Of a stretch of DNA of 64,000 nt, positions 18,610 through 31,968 are shown in pieces. The notes under the pieces are model-generated. The model was given only the letters and a program-made list of their open reading frames with translations. It did no database searches and was not told the origin of the DNA. A program made the position numbers and the translations under genes. How positions within the stretch are numbered: position 1 is the first letter of the stretch; each line of letters begins with the position of its first letter. Source of the stretch: Acidobacteriota bacterium (GTDB lineage Bacteria; Acidobacteriota; UBA890; WLXD01); NCBI GenBank assembly GCA_965248695.1, contig CBDFKD010000002.1:1056001-1120000 (forward strand). Direction: 5' to 3'.

Positions 18610-19362
18610 GTGAAGCCCGCTTCCTCGCGCGCCGTTCTCGTCATCGCCCTTTGTGGCGCCGTCCTCGCGGCCGGCGCAGCGCCGCAACAGGACCTGGCGG
18701 TGTCCTTCACGGTGACCAACCCGGACGAAGGCAGCAACACGATGAAGGCCACCGTCGGCGGCGACCATGCCCGTCTGGACATGAAGGGCGTGTCGATCAT
18801 CTGGGGGCCGCTGGCGTGGATCATGGTTCAGCACGAGAACCAGATGTTCATACGGTTCACCAAGGAGATGATGGATCGCATGCGGCAGATGATGGAGCGG
18901 ATGCCGCCGCAGATGCGTGGCGGGGACATGCCCGATCCGGATGACTTCGATCCGGCGGCCTATTCGTTTCGGCGCACCGGTGCGACCGATACGGTGATGG
19001 GTCACACGGTGTTCGAGGTCGAGATGACCGGACCTGACGGTCAACGCGTCTCGTTGTGGCTGTCGACCAGCAGCGAGGTTGGCCTGTTCGTAGTCTGGAG
19101 CCGACTCGCCGAGCATCTCTCCAAGGTTGCGGGTCCCATGATGGGCGGCGGTCCTGGTGGGCAGAACCCGGCGGCCGGCATGGCCAAGTACATGCAGCTG
19201 GCACGCGCTCGGGGGCTGCCGGATGGTCGCGTCTTACGGATGGACTCCGCCGATGGCGTCAGCATGGTCATCGACGCTTGGGAGTACGGGCCCTTCGGCA
19301 ACTGGAAGGAAGCGCCCGACGATTATCGCGAGCAGAAGATGCCAATGATCCAGCGTCCATAG
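18610..19362 (+). CDS. Secreted hypothetical protein, DUF4412-like
   Basis: GGAGG RBS, signal peptide, ARLDM, Met-rich helix, RRTGATDTVMGH..FEV, APDDYRE tail. Confidence 0.65.
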   Translation: MKPASSRAVLVIALCGAVLAAGAAPQQDLAVSFTVTNPDEGSNTMKATVGGDHARLDMKGVSIIWGPLAWIMVQHENQMFIRFTKEMMDRMRQMMERMPPQMRGGDMPDPDDFDPAAYSFRRTGATDTVMGHTVFEVEMTGPDGQRVSLWLSTSSEVGLFVVWSRLAEHLSKVAGPMMGGGPGGQNPAAGMAKYMQLARARGLPDGRVLRMDSADGVSMVIDAWEYGPFGNWKEAPDDYREQKMPMIQRP

Positions 19363-19407
19363 CGAGAGCCGCTGACTATCGCCGACCAGACGCTGACCGC
19401 GGCCCGC

Positions 19408-19776
19408 ATGGAAGACGCCTCGAATTCTGACTCGCAGCTCGAGTTACTCGAGCTACTGGCCCTGTGCACCGAGACGAAGCGGCTCGATCGGGCGCGCCGG
19501 GAGGCTAGCAAGGTACAGTTTCTTACCGCCGGCCCCGATTTGTGGATCGCCGCCGCCAGCTCCTACAACGTCGTGCTGGATCTGTCTGCCAAGCGTGTAC
19601 AACACGGCTGTAGGGATTTTCTCGGGCAGGCGCGCGAACGCCGGCTTTGCAAGCACGTCGCGGCGTTGCTGTTGGCAATGGACGCCGAGGTGGCGCTGGA
19701 GGTGCTGCGCGGCTTGGCGGTGCCCTACGGTGAATGGCACCTCGAGGTAATCGCTGCTCGGGGCTTCAAGAACTGA
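19408..19776 (+). CDS. Small SWIM zinc-finger-like protein
   Basis: YNVVLD...HGCRDF...LCKHVAALLL (HxC...CxH variant). Confidence 0.65.
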   Translation: MEDASNSDSQLELLELLALCTETKRLDRARREASKVQFLTAGPDLWIAAASSYNVVLDLSAKRVQHGCRDFLGQARERRLCKHVAALLLAMDAEVALEVLRGLAVPYGEWHLEVIAARGFKN

Positions 19777-19846
19777 AGGTCCGTGGCGACCCGAAGTAGC
19801 CCTGCCGTATGGCTCCGTAGCGCCCTGGTCGGCCCAGATTCGGTGC

Positions 19847-19875
19847 TTGACAAGCCTGTCGTCGGCAGGGACAGT
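19847..19875 (+). promoter_or_regulatory. Possible sigma70 promoter
   Basis: TTGACA-N17-GACAGT, about 70 bp upstream of the 19944 start. Confidence 0.4.
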
Positions 19876-19943
19876 GGCGTCGGTCGCTCCCTGTGCGCGC
19901 AACCCGAGCTCCCTGTTCGAAATCTCCAGGTTCCGAAGGAGGA

Positions 19944-20471
19944 ATGATGAGGTCTAGGCTGTTGATCGCAGCGCTGATGATCGCAGTGCTGGCCACGGCC
20001 GGGGCGGCCGAAGCGCAGACGAGCGCCAACATATTTAGCGGCAAGATCGCCCCCGGAATAGTCAAGAAATTCTCGTTCACCTCGACCGAGTCGATCATCA
20101 TCGGGGTCAAGTTCACGGCGTTCGCCAAGACCGACGTCGACATCCTCGTCGTCGACGTTACCAACGACGGCGACGCAGAAGACGATGACAAGGTCATCGG
20201 CGATTTTTCGTCCGGTGTGTCGCGCATGGAGGAGGGCGTCATCAGCGTTGGCGGCGGCCGCACGATCGATATTTGCGTTACCAGCGCAAGCGGCCCGAAC
20301 ACGCGCTACATGCTGTTGTTCTACACCCTGGCGGTGACCGACATCGTGAAGGGTCCGTCCTCTGTTCAGGTGCGCGAGGCGGGTGAGTTCTCGGTAGACC
20401 AGCCGTCAGATGACGCTGCTACTGCAAGCCTGCAAGCGATCGTCAGGGAGCGCCTGCGCGCCAAGAGCTGA
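19944..20471 (+). CDS. Secreted hypothetical beta-sandwich protein (PPC-like)
   Basis: AAGGAGG RBS, signal peptide ending AEA-Q, DVDILV motif, followed by a terminator. Confidence 0.7.
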   Translation: MMRSRLLIAALMIAVLATAGAAEAQTSANIFSGKIAPGIVKKFSFTSTESIIIGVKFTAFAKTDVDILVVDVTNDGDAEDDDKVIGDFSSGVSRMEEGVISVGGGRTIDICVTSASGPNTRYMLLFYTLAVTDIVKGPSSVQVREAGEFSVDQPSDDAATASLQAIVRERLRAKS

Positions 20472-20497
20472 CCTGCGAGGAAGGCTGCGAGACCACG

Positions 20498-20528
20498 ACA
20501 GGGACGGTGATGGCACCGTCCCTGTTTT
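20498..20528 (+). terminator. Intrinsic terminator
   Basis: ACAGGGACGGTG-ATGG-CACCGTCCCTGT perfect 12-bp stem followed by TTT. Confidence 0.8.
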
Positions 20529-20566
20529 CATGCCCAGCGCCCGGGCCGATCATCTGCGTGAGGATG

Positions 20567-21082
20567 TCAGCTCGTCGACAGGCAGCGCGTGATGCGCGGC
20601 GACAGCTCACGCCAGGAGCGCAACGGACACTTTCGGATCTCGATCTCATGCCCGTCGAGAATGACCTCCGCCACCCCGACGAGCTCGAACAGCCTACCGG
20701 CGATCGGGTGCTCGAGTGCCTGCCGCTTGCCCTCGAACACGCTCCGGGGCAGAGGCGAGTCATGCCATGCGAAGCGTCGGCTTCGTGACTCTCCGTCGAC
20801 CAGATCGGAGAGTTGCTCGATGGCCAGACCGTCGCAAAGGATGCGCTCGAACGGTGGCATGATCGCGCCCCAGCGAGCGTCCTTGTGCTTTTGCAAACGG
20901 ACCTTGTAGGCGTTCAGCGACAGCACACGTACGCCAGGGAGCGCAACAACTGCGCACATCCACGGCACCGCCGGCGAGGAACCGGCGAGATACGTCTCCA
21001 CGATCTCGTCGGTCACCAGTGATTCGGTGTGGACGATCAGCGCGTGGGGGTTCGGTGGGAACTCGCGTACGGCGTGCATCAC
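20567..21082 (-). CDS. Hypothetical protein with tandem Nfu/NifU N-terminal (Nfu_N)-like domains
   Basis: PNPHAL; two repeats 'AVVALPGVRVL...LQK...ARW' and 'HPIAGRLFELVGVAEV...IRK...SW'. Confidence 0.55.
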   Translation of the reverse strand: MMHAVREFPPNPHALIVHTESLVTDEIVETYLAGSSPAVPWMCAVVALPGVRVLSLNAYKVRLQKHKDARWGAIMPPFERILCDGLAIEQLSDLVDGESRSRRFAWHDSPLPRSVFEGKRQALEHPIAGRLFELVGVAEVILDGHEIEIRKCPLRSWRELSPRITRCLSTS

Positions 21083-21247
21083 ATGCCCGGATGGATCGTG
21101 GGCTCGCTCGTGCGCCGGTACGGAAGGCGTACTCAGTTGAGGTTAGCAAATTGTCCCGTGCGCCGACAAGGACACGACGCGTCGCTAGCGTCGCACCTGT
21201 TCCCCCGGCGGCGTGAACAGACCCGGCACACCTCCAACCCGGCCCTG

Positions 21248-21781
21248 CTACGCCGCGTCGAACAGGCCGGCGATCTTGTCGAGGATTCTCCAGCCGAAGT
21301 GCTCCGCGCCCTGCGGCTCCAGGCGATGGAGTCGCGCCATCACTGCGCCGCGCCACGCGAGCGCCTGCGCCGGGTTGGCGCTCAGCACGCGCACAAGTGG
21401 CATCAAAGGAATCTCGAGCACCACCGAGTCTTCCCTCGCGGTTGCTGAGTATCGCCGGGAGTCCTCGCCGAGCAGCACCACGTCACCGAAAGACGCGTAG
21501 GGCGCCACGACATCGTACGTGGCGTGACCGCCAGCTTCCTCGAACCGCTCCAGACGCAGCGAGCCATCCAGCAGCAAGTACACCGAATCGGCGTGCTCGC
21601 CCTGGGCGAACAGGCTCTCGCCCTCGTGTACCAGGCGACATTCGGCCATCTTCGAGAGGCCAACGAGGGCCTTGGTGCTGAGATCGTTGAGGTGCGAGCA
21701 GTTTCCGAGTAGCAGCGGGTTGACCCCGGTCACGGCAGTCGACGGGAACTCCTTGCGCAGCGTCTTCATCGAAGTGCTCAT
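21248..21781 (-). CDS. Cyclic nucleotide-binding domain protein (no HTH)
   Basis: GESLFAQGEHADSVYLLLDGSL, FGDVVLLGEDSRRYSATAREDS. Confidence 0.85.
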   Translation of the reverse strand: MSTSMKTLRKEFPSTAVTGVNPLLLGNCSHLNDLSTKALVGLSKMAECRLVHEGESLFAQGEHADSVYLLLDGSLRLERFEEAGGHATYDVVAPYASFGDVVLLGEDSRRYSATAREDSVVLEIPLMPLVRVLSANPAQALAWRGAVMARLHRLEPQGAEHFGWRILDKIAGLFDAA

Positions 21782-22000
21782 TTGTGCCTCTCCTGCGTCC
21801 CGCTCGGAGGGGTGGCCGGCGAGATCTCTACCTCCTTATTCGCCAAATCGACCCATTTGGTTTCGTCTGAGCCCCCTCCCCCTTCGACACCTCCGCTGGC
21901 TGCGCACTCGACCGTGCGGTCGCTGGAAGCGATAATCTCGTTCTGCGTGCCGAAACGGTGTTCGGTCGCCCCCTCACAGAGAACGCCGAGAGGAAACCTC

Positions 22001-22342
22001 ATGAAGCAGCACGAGCGCCGCGTTGACGGCGTGGTCATCATCGAGCTAGAAGGCAAGCTCACGCTGGGCGCCGGCGACGTGCAGCTACGGCAGATCGTCA
22101 ACGACTTGCTCGAACGCAATGAGGACAAGATTCTGCTCGACCTGGGCGGGATCAAATACATGGACAGCGCCGGAACCGGAGAGCTCGTTTCCGCATACAC
22201 CTCCTGTGCGAACCGCGGCGCGCAGCTGAAGCTCTTGAATCTCAGTGCCAAGGTGCGCGACCTGCTGCTCTTCACGCAGCTCATAAGCATCTTCGAGGAC
22301 TACACCGACGTCGCCGAGGCGGTCCACAGCTTCTCGGAATAG
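22001..22342 (+). CDS. STAS domain anti-sigma factor antagonist
   Basis: ILLDLGGIKYMDSAGTGELV with phosphorylatable Ser; GAGG RBS. Confidence 0.9.
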   Translation: MKQHERRVDGVVIIELEGKLTLGAGDVQLRQIVNDLLERNEDKILLDLGGIKYMDSAGTGELVSAYTSCANRGAQLKLLNLSAKVRDLLLFTQLISIFEDYTDVAEAVHSFSE

Positions 22343-22472
22343 CCCTCTACGGCAGTAGACGTCCGCGGCGGCAGCTGTTCCGCCGCCGGCCGACAGGGTG
22401 CGTCATACAACCGACCGGCGCCCGCGACACAGGTTCGAAGGCAAGCCCCTTGCTCCGAGCGAGGTGCCTGTG

Positions 22473-22546
22473 AGCCGCGCGGTGCCGGGAAACGCGACCT
22501 GCCACGATCCCCATCGTCCAAGGTCGGTGCCGCGCGGCTGTTTCTT
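22473..22546 (+). terminator. Branched hairpin plus T-rich tract between the STAS gene and carA (terminator or attenuator)
   Basis: AGCCGCGCGG/CCGCGCGGCT outer stem, inner GACCT/AGGTC and ACGAT/ATCGT, followed by GTTTCTT. Confidence 0.4.
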
Positions 22547-22635
22547 GGGCGTCGAGAGGGGGGCGGAGTAGGCGCACACCCCGCTTCGATTTGCCGTGCC
22601 CTTCCGCAAGTGCTTTCATACGGCGGGGAGAGCAA

Positions 22636-23939
22636 ATGACCGGTCGGATCGGCAGCTTGTTGAACGACGAGCGCCCCGCCGTGTTGGCGCTCGCTGACGG
22701 CTCTGTCTTTCGAGGAATCGGCTTCGGGGCGTCCTGCGTTCGCTGCGGCGAGGTGTGCTTCAACACCAGCATGAGCGGGTATCAAGAGATCCTCACCGAT
22801 CTTTCGTACGCCGGTCAGATCGTCGTCATGACGTACCCGCAGATCGGTAATGTCGGGGTGAACGCTGCCGACGCCGAATCCGCTCGACCCGCCCTCGCGG
22901 GGTTCGTCGTCCGGGAAGTATTCGAGACGGCCAGCAACTGGCGCTCGGAGGAATCGCTCGGCGCCTATTTGACCCGGCACGGGGTGCCGGGAATCTCCGA
23001 TATCGATACGCGTGCGCTGGTGCGTCGCATCCGGGATCGGGGCTGTCAGAACGCGGTGCTCTCGACCGATCCGGACCAGCAGGGCGGCGACGCGCTAGTG
23101 GACCTGGCCCGCGATCTGCCGCCGATGGACGGGCTTGATCTGGTGGCCGACGTTACCTGTTCGGCACCTTACGAGTGGGATGCCGGCAGCTGGGAAGGCA
23201 TCGACGGGCAGATGCCGCTCGCCGACGTCCCTGAGGATCGATTGCGGCTCGTGGCATTCGACTTCGGCATCAAGCACAGCATTCTGAGGTTGCTGGTCGA
23301 TCATGGCTTCGAGGTCACTGTGGTGCCGGCGCACACGACCGCGGCGGAAGTGTCGACAATCGATCCTGACGCGGTTTTTCTGTCCAACGGCCCGGGTGAT
23401 CCCGCCGCGGTGCTCGGCGTGCCTGCCACCGTCCGGCAGCTCGCCGATCGCTACCCCATGTTCGGCATTTGTCTCGGCCATCAGATTCTCGCACTGGCAC
23501 TCGGCGGCTCGACGCGAAAGCTGAAGTTCGGCCACCACGGCGCCAACCAGCCCGGTCGCGACGTCCACAGCGGGCGGGTGTCGATCTGTGCCGAGAACCA
23601 CGGTTTCGCGGTCGATCCGGAGTCGTTGCTCGAGGCCGGCGAGCCGGTCGAAGTCACGCACATAAACCTGAACGATCGCACCGTAGAGGGACTGGCTCAC
23701 CAGACGCGGCCGATTTTCTCGGTTCAGTACCACCCGGAGGCGTCTCCGGGGCCACATGACGCGCAGTACTTCTTCCAGCGGTTCCGCGACATGGTGCTGC
23801 GGCACAAAGCCGGCGAGGCAGTGACCGGTGCCGAGATTGCCCGAGGAGTCGATGTTGGGCGCAGAGACGCGGGGCCGGGCGACCAAGGGCCTGACGCCGG
23901 TCGCAGTAGCGCGGGTCACAGCGCGGCGGGCGTGAGCTG

Positions 23940-23940
<1 letters not shown>
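22636..23940 (+). CDS. carA: Carbamoyl-phosphate synthase small subunit
   Basis: [46 protein letters not shown]. Confidence 0.97.
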
Positions 23941-27176
<3,236 letters not shown>

Positions 27177-27183
27177 CCACGGC

Positions 27184-28671
27184 GTGTCGAACCTTCGCCG
27201 GTGTGCGGTTGCTCTGGCCGCGGCGATCATGGCGCTGGCAGGCGGCGGAAGCGGGGTGATGGTCCTTGCGGCTCCCGACCGTCCGAACGTCCTGCTGATC
27301 CTGGTCGACGATCTTGGTTACATGGACATCGGGGCCAACAACCCACAGACGTTCTACAACACACCGAGCATTGATCAGCTCGCAGCCGAAGGCATGCGCT
27401 TCACCAACGGCTACGCCGCCAACCCGGTGTGCTCGCCGACGCGCTACAGCATCCTTACCGGCAAGTACCCGACGCGGGCACGGGCCACCGATTGGTTTTC
27501 GGGAACGCTGACGCAGCGCTTCTTGCATGCGCCCTTCGCCGATCGGATGCCGCTCGAGGAGCGCACGTTGGCGGAAGTCTTGGGGGAGGCCGGTTACGCG
27601 ACGTTCTTCGCCGGCAAGTGGCATCTCGGTCCGACCCCGGACTACTGGCCGGAAGCACAGGGGTTCGATGTTAACAGGGGCGGTCACGAGCGCGGTGGAC
27701 CCTACGGCCCAGGGCGATACTTCACCCCGTACGGTAATCCTCGACTCGCTGACGGACCTCCTGGCGAGCACCTGCCATCGAGGTTGGCGCGTGAGACGGT
27801 CGAGTTCATCCGCGCCCACCAGGAGCAGCCGTTCTTTGCCTACCTGGCCTTTTACTCCGTGCATACGCCGCTCATGGCCCCGCAGCCGCTGGTCGACAAG
27901 TACGCCGCCAAGGCGGAAGCGATGCAGTTGACGGAGCGCGACCCGTTCGGTGAAGAGGAGCAGGTCTGGCCGGACGCACCGTTGCGACAGGTGCGTGAGC
28001 TTCAATCGCATGCGGTCTATGCCGCTATGGTCGAGTCGATGGATCGCGCCGTGGGCACCGTGCTCAGCGCGCTCGAGTCCGTCGGGCTGGCCGACGACAC
28101 GATGGTGTTGCTGACATCGGACAACGGCGGCCTATCGACCTCCGAGGGCCTGCCGACCAGCAACCTGCCGCTGCGCGGTGGCAAGGGATGGGTCTACGAA
28201 GGCGGCATTCGCGAGCCCTTCATCGTTCGCTGGCCGGGCGTTACGCGACCCGGGTCCGCGTCGGACGAACCGGTAATGAGCATCGACCTGTTTCCGACTG
28301 TTGTGGAGGCGGCCGGATTGTCGCCCGGCGATCCGACGGTCGACGGGATGAGCCTCGTGCCGCTGCTGCGCGATGGCGGTCCGCTGACGCGCGAGGCGCT
28401 CTTCTGGCACTACCCGCACTACTCCAATCAAGGCGGCTTTCCGGGCGGTGCCATTCGCGCCGGGCGCTGGAAGCTGATCGAACGCTACGAAGATGGCCGT
28501 ACACACCTCTTCGATCTAGACGCTGACATCGGCGAGCAGCACGACCTTGCCGCGGCGCGACCACGGCAGGTCGCGGAGCTACGTCAGCGTCTGCACCGCT
28601 GGTACGAGGATGTCGACGCGCTGTTCCTGCGCCCCAAGCCGGGCGGGCCGGCGCCCTGGACGCCACAATGA
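27184..28671 (+). CDS. Cys-type sulfatase, secreted
   Basis: PNVLLILVDDLG, CSPTR formylglycine motif, GKWHLG, SDNGG, RGGKGWVYEGGIREP. Confidence 0.95.
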   Translation: MSNLRRCAVALAAAIMALAGGGSGVMVLAAPDRPNVLLILVDDLGYMDIGANNPQTFYNTPSIDQLAAEGMRFTNGYAANPVCSPTRYSILTGKYPTRARATDWFSGTLTQRFLHAPFADRMPLEERTLAEVLGEAGYATFFAGKWHLGPTPDYWPEAQGFDVNRGGHERGGPYGPGRYFTPYGNPRLADGPPGEHLPSRLARETVEFIRAHQEQPFFAYLAFYSVHTPLMAPQPLVDKYAAKAEAMQLTERDPFGEEEQVWPDAPLRQVRELQSHAVYAAMVESMDRAVGTVLSALESVGLADDTMVLLTSDNGGLSTSEGLPTSNLPLRGGKGWVYEGGIREPFIVRWPGVTRPGSASDEPVMSIDLFPTVVEAAGLSPGDPTVDGMSLVPLLRDGGPLTREALFWHYPHYSNQGGFPGGAIRAGRWKLIERYEDGRTHLFDLDADIGEQHDLAAARPRQVAELRQRLHRWYEDVDALFLRPKPGGPAPWTPQ

Positions 28672-29651
28672 GACGATGTTCGATGCTCCTGGGACTGGTG
28701 CTCGCTACGATGTTGGGCGGCGGCCCGATGCAGGCGCCGGCGCCCGGCGACGCGGTCAGCGTGACGATTCCGGGTACGCCGGTCACGTTCGAGATGGCCT
28801 TCGTCCCGGGCGGCGTATTCGAGCTCGGTAGCCCGGTCGACGAGGTCGGCCGCGACGAGGATGAAGGCCCAGTGCGGCAGGTTCGAATCGAGCCGTTCTG
28901 GATGGGCGTGCACGAGGTAACCCACGACGAGTTCGCGGTCTTTCGATACCGCCGACTGGACGATCACGTCGGCGCCGCTGCCGAGCTGCCATTCGACGCG
29001 GACGGCGTGAGCCGGCCGAGCCCGCCATACGAGGACCCCGCCCACGGGATGAACAAGGCCGGGCATCCTGCGGTGGGCATGACGCGCTGGGCGGCGTTGC
29101 AGTACGCCCGCTGGCTCTCGCACAAAACCGGACAGTTGTACCGTTTGCCCACCGAGGCCGAATGGGAGTACGCCTGTCAGGCCGGCGAAGACCGTGCCTA
29201 CGGGTTTACCGCCGTCGCCGACCTTGGCGCACATGCGTGGCTGGTAGACAACAGCGAGGGCTCGTACCACGCGGTCGGACTCAGGGAGCCCAATGTGTGG
29301 GGCCTGTACGATCTGCACGGCAATGTCGCCGAGTGGGTGGCCGATCGCTACGACGATGCACTCTACGCCAGCCTCGCGGGTGGCGAGCCCGTCGCGGCGC
29401 CGATATCGGGGGCGCCCGGCCAGGGACAGGGCTTGGTTCGCGGCGGCGCCTACGGTGACGGGCCGGCCGAAGCTCGCTGCGCAGCGCGGTTCCCGGAGAC
29501 TGCCTACTGGAAGCGGCGCGACCCGCAGATACCCAAGAGCCGCTGGTGGAACACAGATTCGGAACACGTCGGATTTCGAGTCGTGCGCCCGGCGCGCGAA
29601 GTGACGCTCGACGAGGTCCAAGCGTACTGGAACGCGATCTTCGGCGCGTAG
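28668..29651 (+). CDS. FGE-sulfatase (SUMF1/EgtB/PvdO) fold protein
   Basis: HEVT, RLPTEAEWEYAC, PNVWGLYDLHGNVAEW, RGG, GFRVVR; signal peptide; ATGA overlap with the sulfatase. Confidence 0.9.
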   Translation: MRRCSMLLGLVLATMLGGGPMQAPAPGDAVSVTIPGTPVTFEMAFVPGGVFELGSPVDEVGRDEDEGPVRQVRIEPFWMGVHEVTHDEFAVFRYRRLDDHVGAAAELPFDADGVSRPSPPYEDPAHGMNKAGHPAVGMTRWAALQYARWLSHKTGQLYRLPTEAEWEYACQAGEDRAYGFTAVADLGAHAWLVDNSEGSYHAVGLREPNVWGLYDLHGNVAEWVADRYDDALYASLAGGEPVAAPISGAPGQGQGLVRGGAYGDGPAEARCAARFPETAYWKRRDPQIPKSRWWNTDSEHVGFRVVRPAREVTLDEVQAYWNAIFGA

Positions 29652-29684
29652 TACCGTGCCATCCTAGCCTTGCACGGAGGAGTC

Positions 29685-31007
29685 ATGAACAGGCGAGATT
29701 TCGTAAGGACGAGCACGGCCGCCGCCGTCGGCGGCCTGTCGCTGAGCCGACCAGAGGCATTGCGCGCACAGCCGCCGACGGCCGATGCGATCCGTGTCGG
29801 GGTGGTCGGTTGCGGGGGCCGCGGCACCGGGGCGGCCGTCCAGGCGCTGAGCACGGCGCAGGACGTCAAGCTGGTCGCCATGGCCGATGCGTTCGACGAC
29901 AACGTGCAACGGAGCTACGAAACGCTCATGTCGTTCGAGCGCGAAGACTGGCTCGGCGGCGACAGCGATCTACGGGCACGCGTCGACGTGCCTCCCGAGC
30001 GTCGCTTCTCGGGATTCGACGCCTACAAGCAGGTGTTGCCGTTGGTCGATGTGGTCATCCTGACCACGCCGCCTGGCTTCCGGCCGACCCACTTCGAGGC
30101 GGCGGTCGCGGCCGGGAAGCAGATATTCATGGAGAAGCCCGTGGCCACCGACGCCCCCGGGGCGCGGCGCGTCTACGAGGCCGGCAAGCACGCCCACGAC
30201 AAGAAGCTCAACGTTGTTGTCGGACTGCAGCGCCACTACCAGGACATGTATCGCGGCTGGGTGGATCGGATTCACGCCGGCATGATCGGCGACGTGATCC
30301 TTGGTCGCGTTTATTGGAACGGCGCCGGCGTGTGGGTGCGGCCGCGTACGCCGGAACAGACCGAGATGGAGTACCAGATGCGTAACTGGTACTACTTTAA
30401 CTGGCTGTGTGGCGACCACATTGTCGAGCAGCATATCCACAACATCGACGTGGCCAACTGGGTAATGGACGGGCACCCGGTTCGCGCCCAGGGACAGGGC
30501 GGGCGCCTGGTGCGCACCGGTAAAGACCACGGCGAGATCTTCGATCATCACTTCGTCGAGTTCGAGTACGAGAACGGCAGCCGCGTCCTAAGCCAGTGTC
30601 GCCACATACCGGACTGCATGGACCGCGTCTCCGAGGGCTTCCACGGCACCAACGGCACCGCGCCGCGGCCAGGGGTGATCCTCTCCAAGAGCGGCAAGTC
30701 GCTGTTCGAGTACGATGACGGCGCCGACCCGAATCCCTACCAGGTGGAGCACGACGAGCTGTTCGCGGCGGTAGCCGCGGGCGAGTACACCTACGCCGAC
30801 ACCGAGCGTGGCGTGGTGGCGTCGATGACGGCGGTCCTGGGTCGGATGGCCACCTACTCCGGCCAGGTGGTCGAGTGGGATCAGGCGATTGCCTCGGAGC
30901 TCGACCTGATGCCGCCGCGGCTCGCCTGGGACGCGGCACCGCAGGTGGTTCCTGACGCCAACGGGGCGTACCCGATCCCCACCCCCGGCGTCACTCGAGC
31001 GTTCTGA
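29685..31007 (+). CDS. Tat-exported Gfo/Idh/MocA family oxidoreductase
   Basis: MNRRDF Tat motif, GCGGRGTG, MEKPVA, EQHIHNID. Confidence 0.92.
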   Translation: MNRRDFVRTSTAAAVGGLSLSRPEALRAQPPTADAIRVGVVGCGGRGTGAAVQALSTAQDVKLVAMADAFDDNVQRSYETLMSFEREDWLGGDSDLRARVDVPPERRFSGFDAYKQVLPLVDVVILTTPPGFRPTHFEAAVAAGKQIFMEKPVATDAPGARRVYEAGKHAHDKKLNVVVGLQRHYQDMYRGWVDRIHAGMIGDVILGRVYWNGAGVWVRPRTPEQTEMEYQMRNWYYFNWLCGDHIVEQHIHNIDVANWVMDGHPVRAQGQGGRLVRTGKDHGEIFDHHFVEFEYENGSRVLSQCRHIPDCMDRVSEGFHGTNGTAPRPGVILSKSGKSLFEYDDGADPNPYQVEHDELFAAVAAGEYTYADTERGVVASMTAVLGRMATYSGQVVEWDQAIASELDLMPPRLAWDAAPQVVPDANGAYPIPTPGVTRAF

Positions 31008-31019
31008 GGTAGGCCTCGG

Positions 31020-31968
31020 GTGCGACGACGCGATTTCATGGGAGCGCTGGCCGGCGCGGCGGTGGCCTGGGGACCCTCCGTCGGCGCGACGACTCCAGAT
31101 CCTGTTGCCCTGGCACCGACGAGGCGTTTCCCGGCAGGGGCCACACAAGATCCGTTCGGGCTCGACTACGCGCCGCACCTCGGGATGTTCCGCGAGACTG
31201 GCGGCGAGGATCCGATCAGCCAGCTGCAGTTCATGGCAGCGCAGGGGTTTCGCGCGCTCGAGGACAACGGCATGCGGGGCCGGTCGACTAGCGAGCAGGC
31301 CGACATCGCGGCGGAGATGTCGCGCCTCGGCATGCGCATGGGCGTGTTCGTGGCCCACACGATCTACTGGCGCGAACCTGGCCTCGCCAGTGGCGATGCC
31401 GACAAGCGTGCGGAGTTTCTCTCCGAGATTCGTTCGTCGGTAGAGGTTGCCAAGCGCGTCAACGCAACCTGGATGACGGTGGTCCCCGGGCACGTGGACC
31501 TGAGGGTTCATCCTGACTACCAGACAGCGAACGTCGTCGAGACGCTCAAGCAGGCCACGTCCATCCTGGAGCCCCACGGCTTGGTGATGGTAGCTCGAGC
31601 CGCTGAACCCACGCGACCATCCCGGGTTGTTCCTCAAGGGAATTCCGCAGGCGTTCCAGATCTGCCGGGCGGTCGACAGTCCGGCGTGCAAGATCCTCGA
31701 CGACCTCTACCACCAGCAAATCAGCGAGGGGAACCTGATTCCCAACATCGACGCGGCCTGGGATGAGATCGCCTACTTCCAGATTGGCGACAATCCGGGC
31801 CGCGATGAGCCGACGACCGGCGAGATCAACTACAGCAACGTCTTCCGGCACATTCACGACAAGGGCTTCGACGGGATCCTCGGCATGGAACATGGGAACT
31901 CCCAGCCCGGCCGCGCCGGCGAGTCGGCGGTGATCGAGGCGTACCGGATGGTTGATGTCCGGCGCTAG
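31020..31968 (+). pseudogene. Tat-exported hydroxypyruvate isomerase/xylose-isomerase-like TIM barrel, frameshifted near 31592
   Basis: MRRRDF Tat motif; ...GLVMV then LEPLN...DLYHQQISEGNL...QIGDNPGRDEPTTGEINY in another frame; may be a sequencing indel. Confidence 0.8.
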
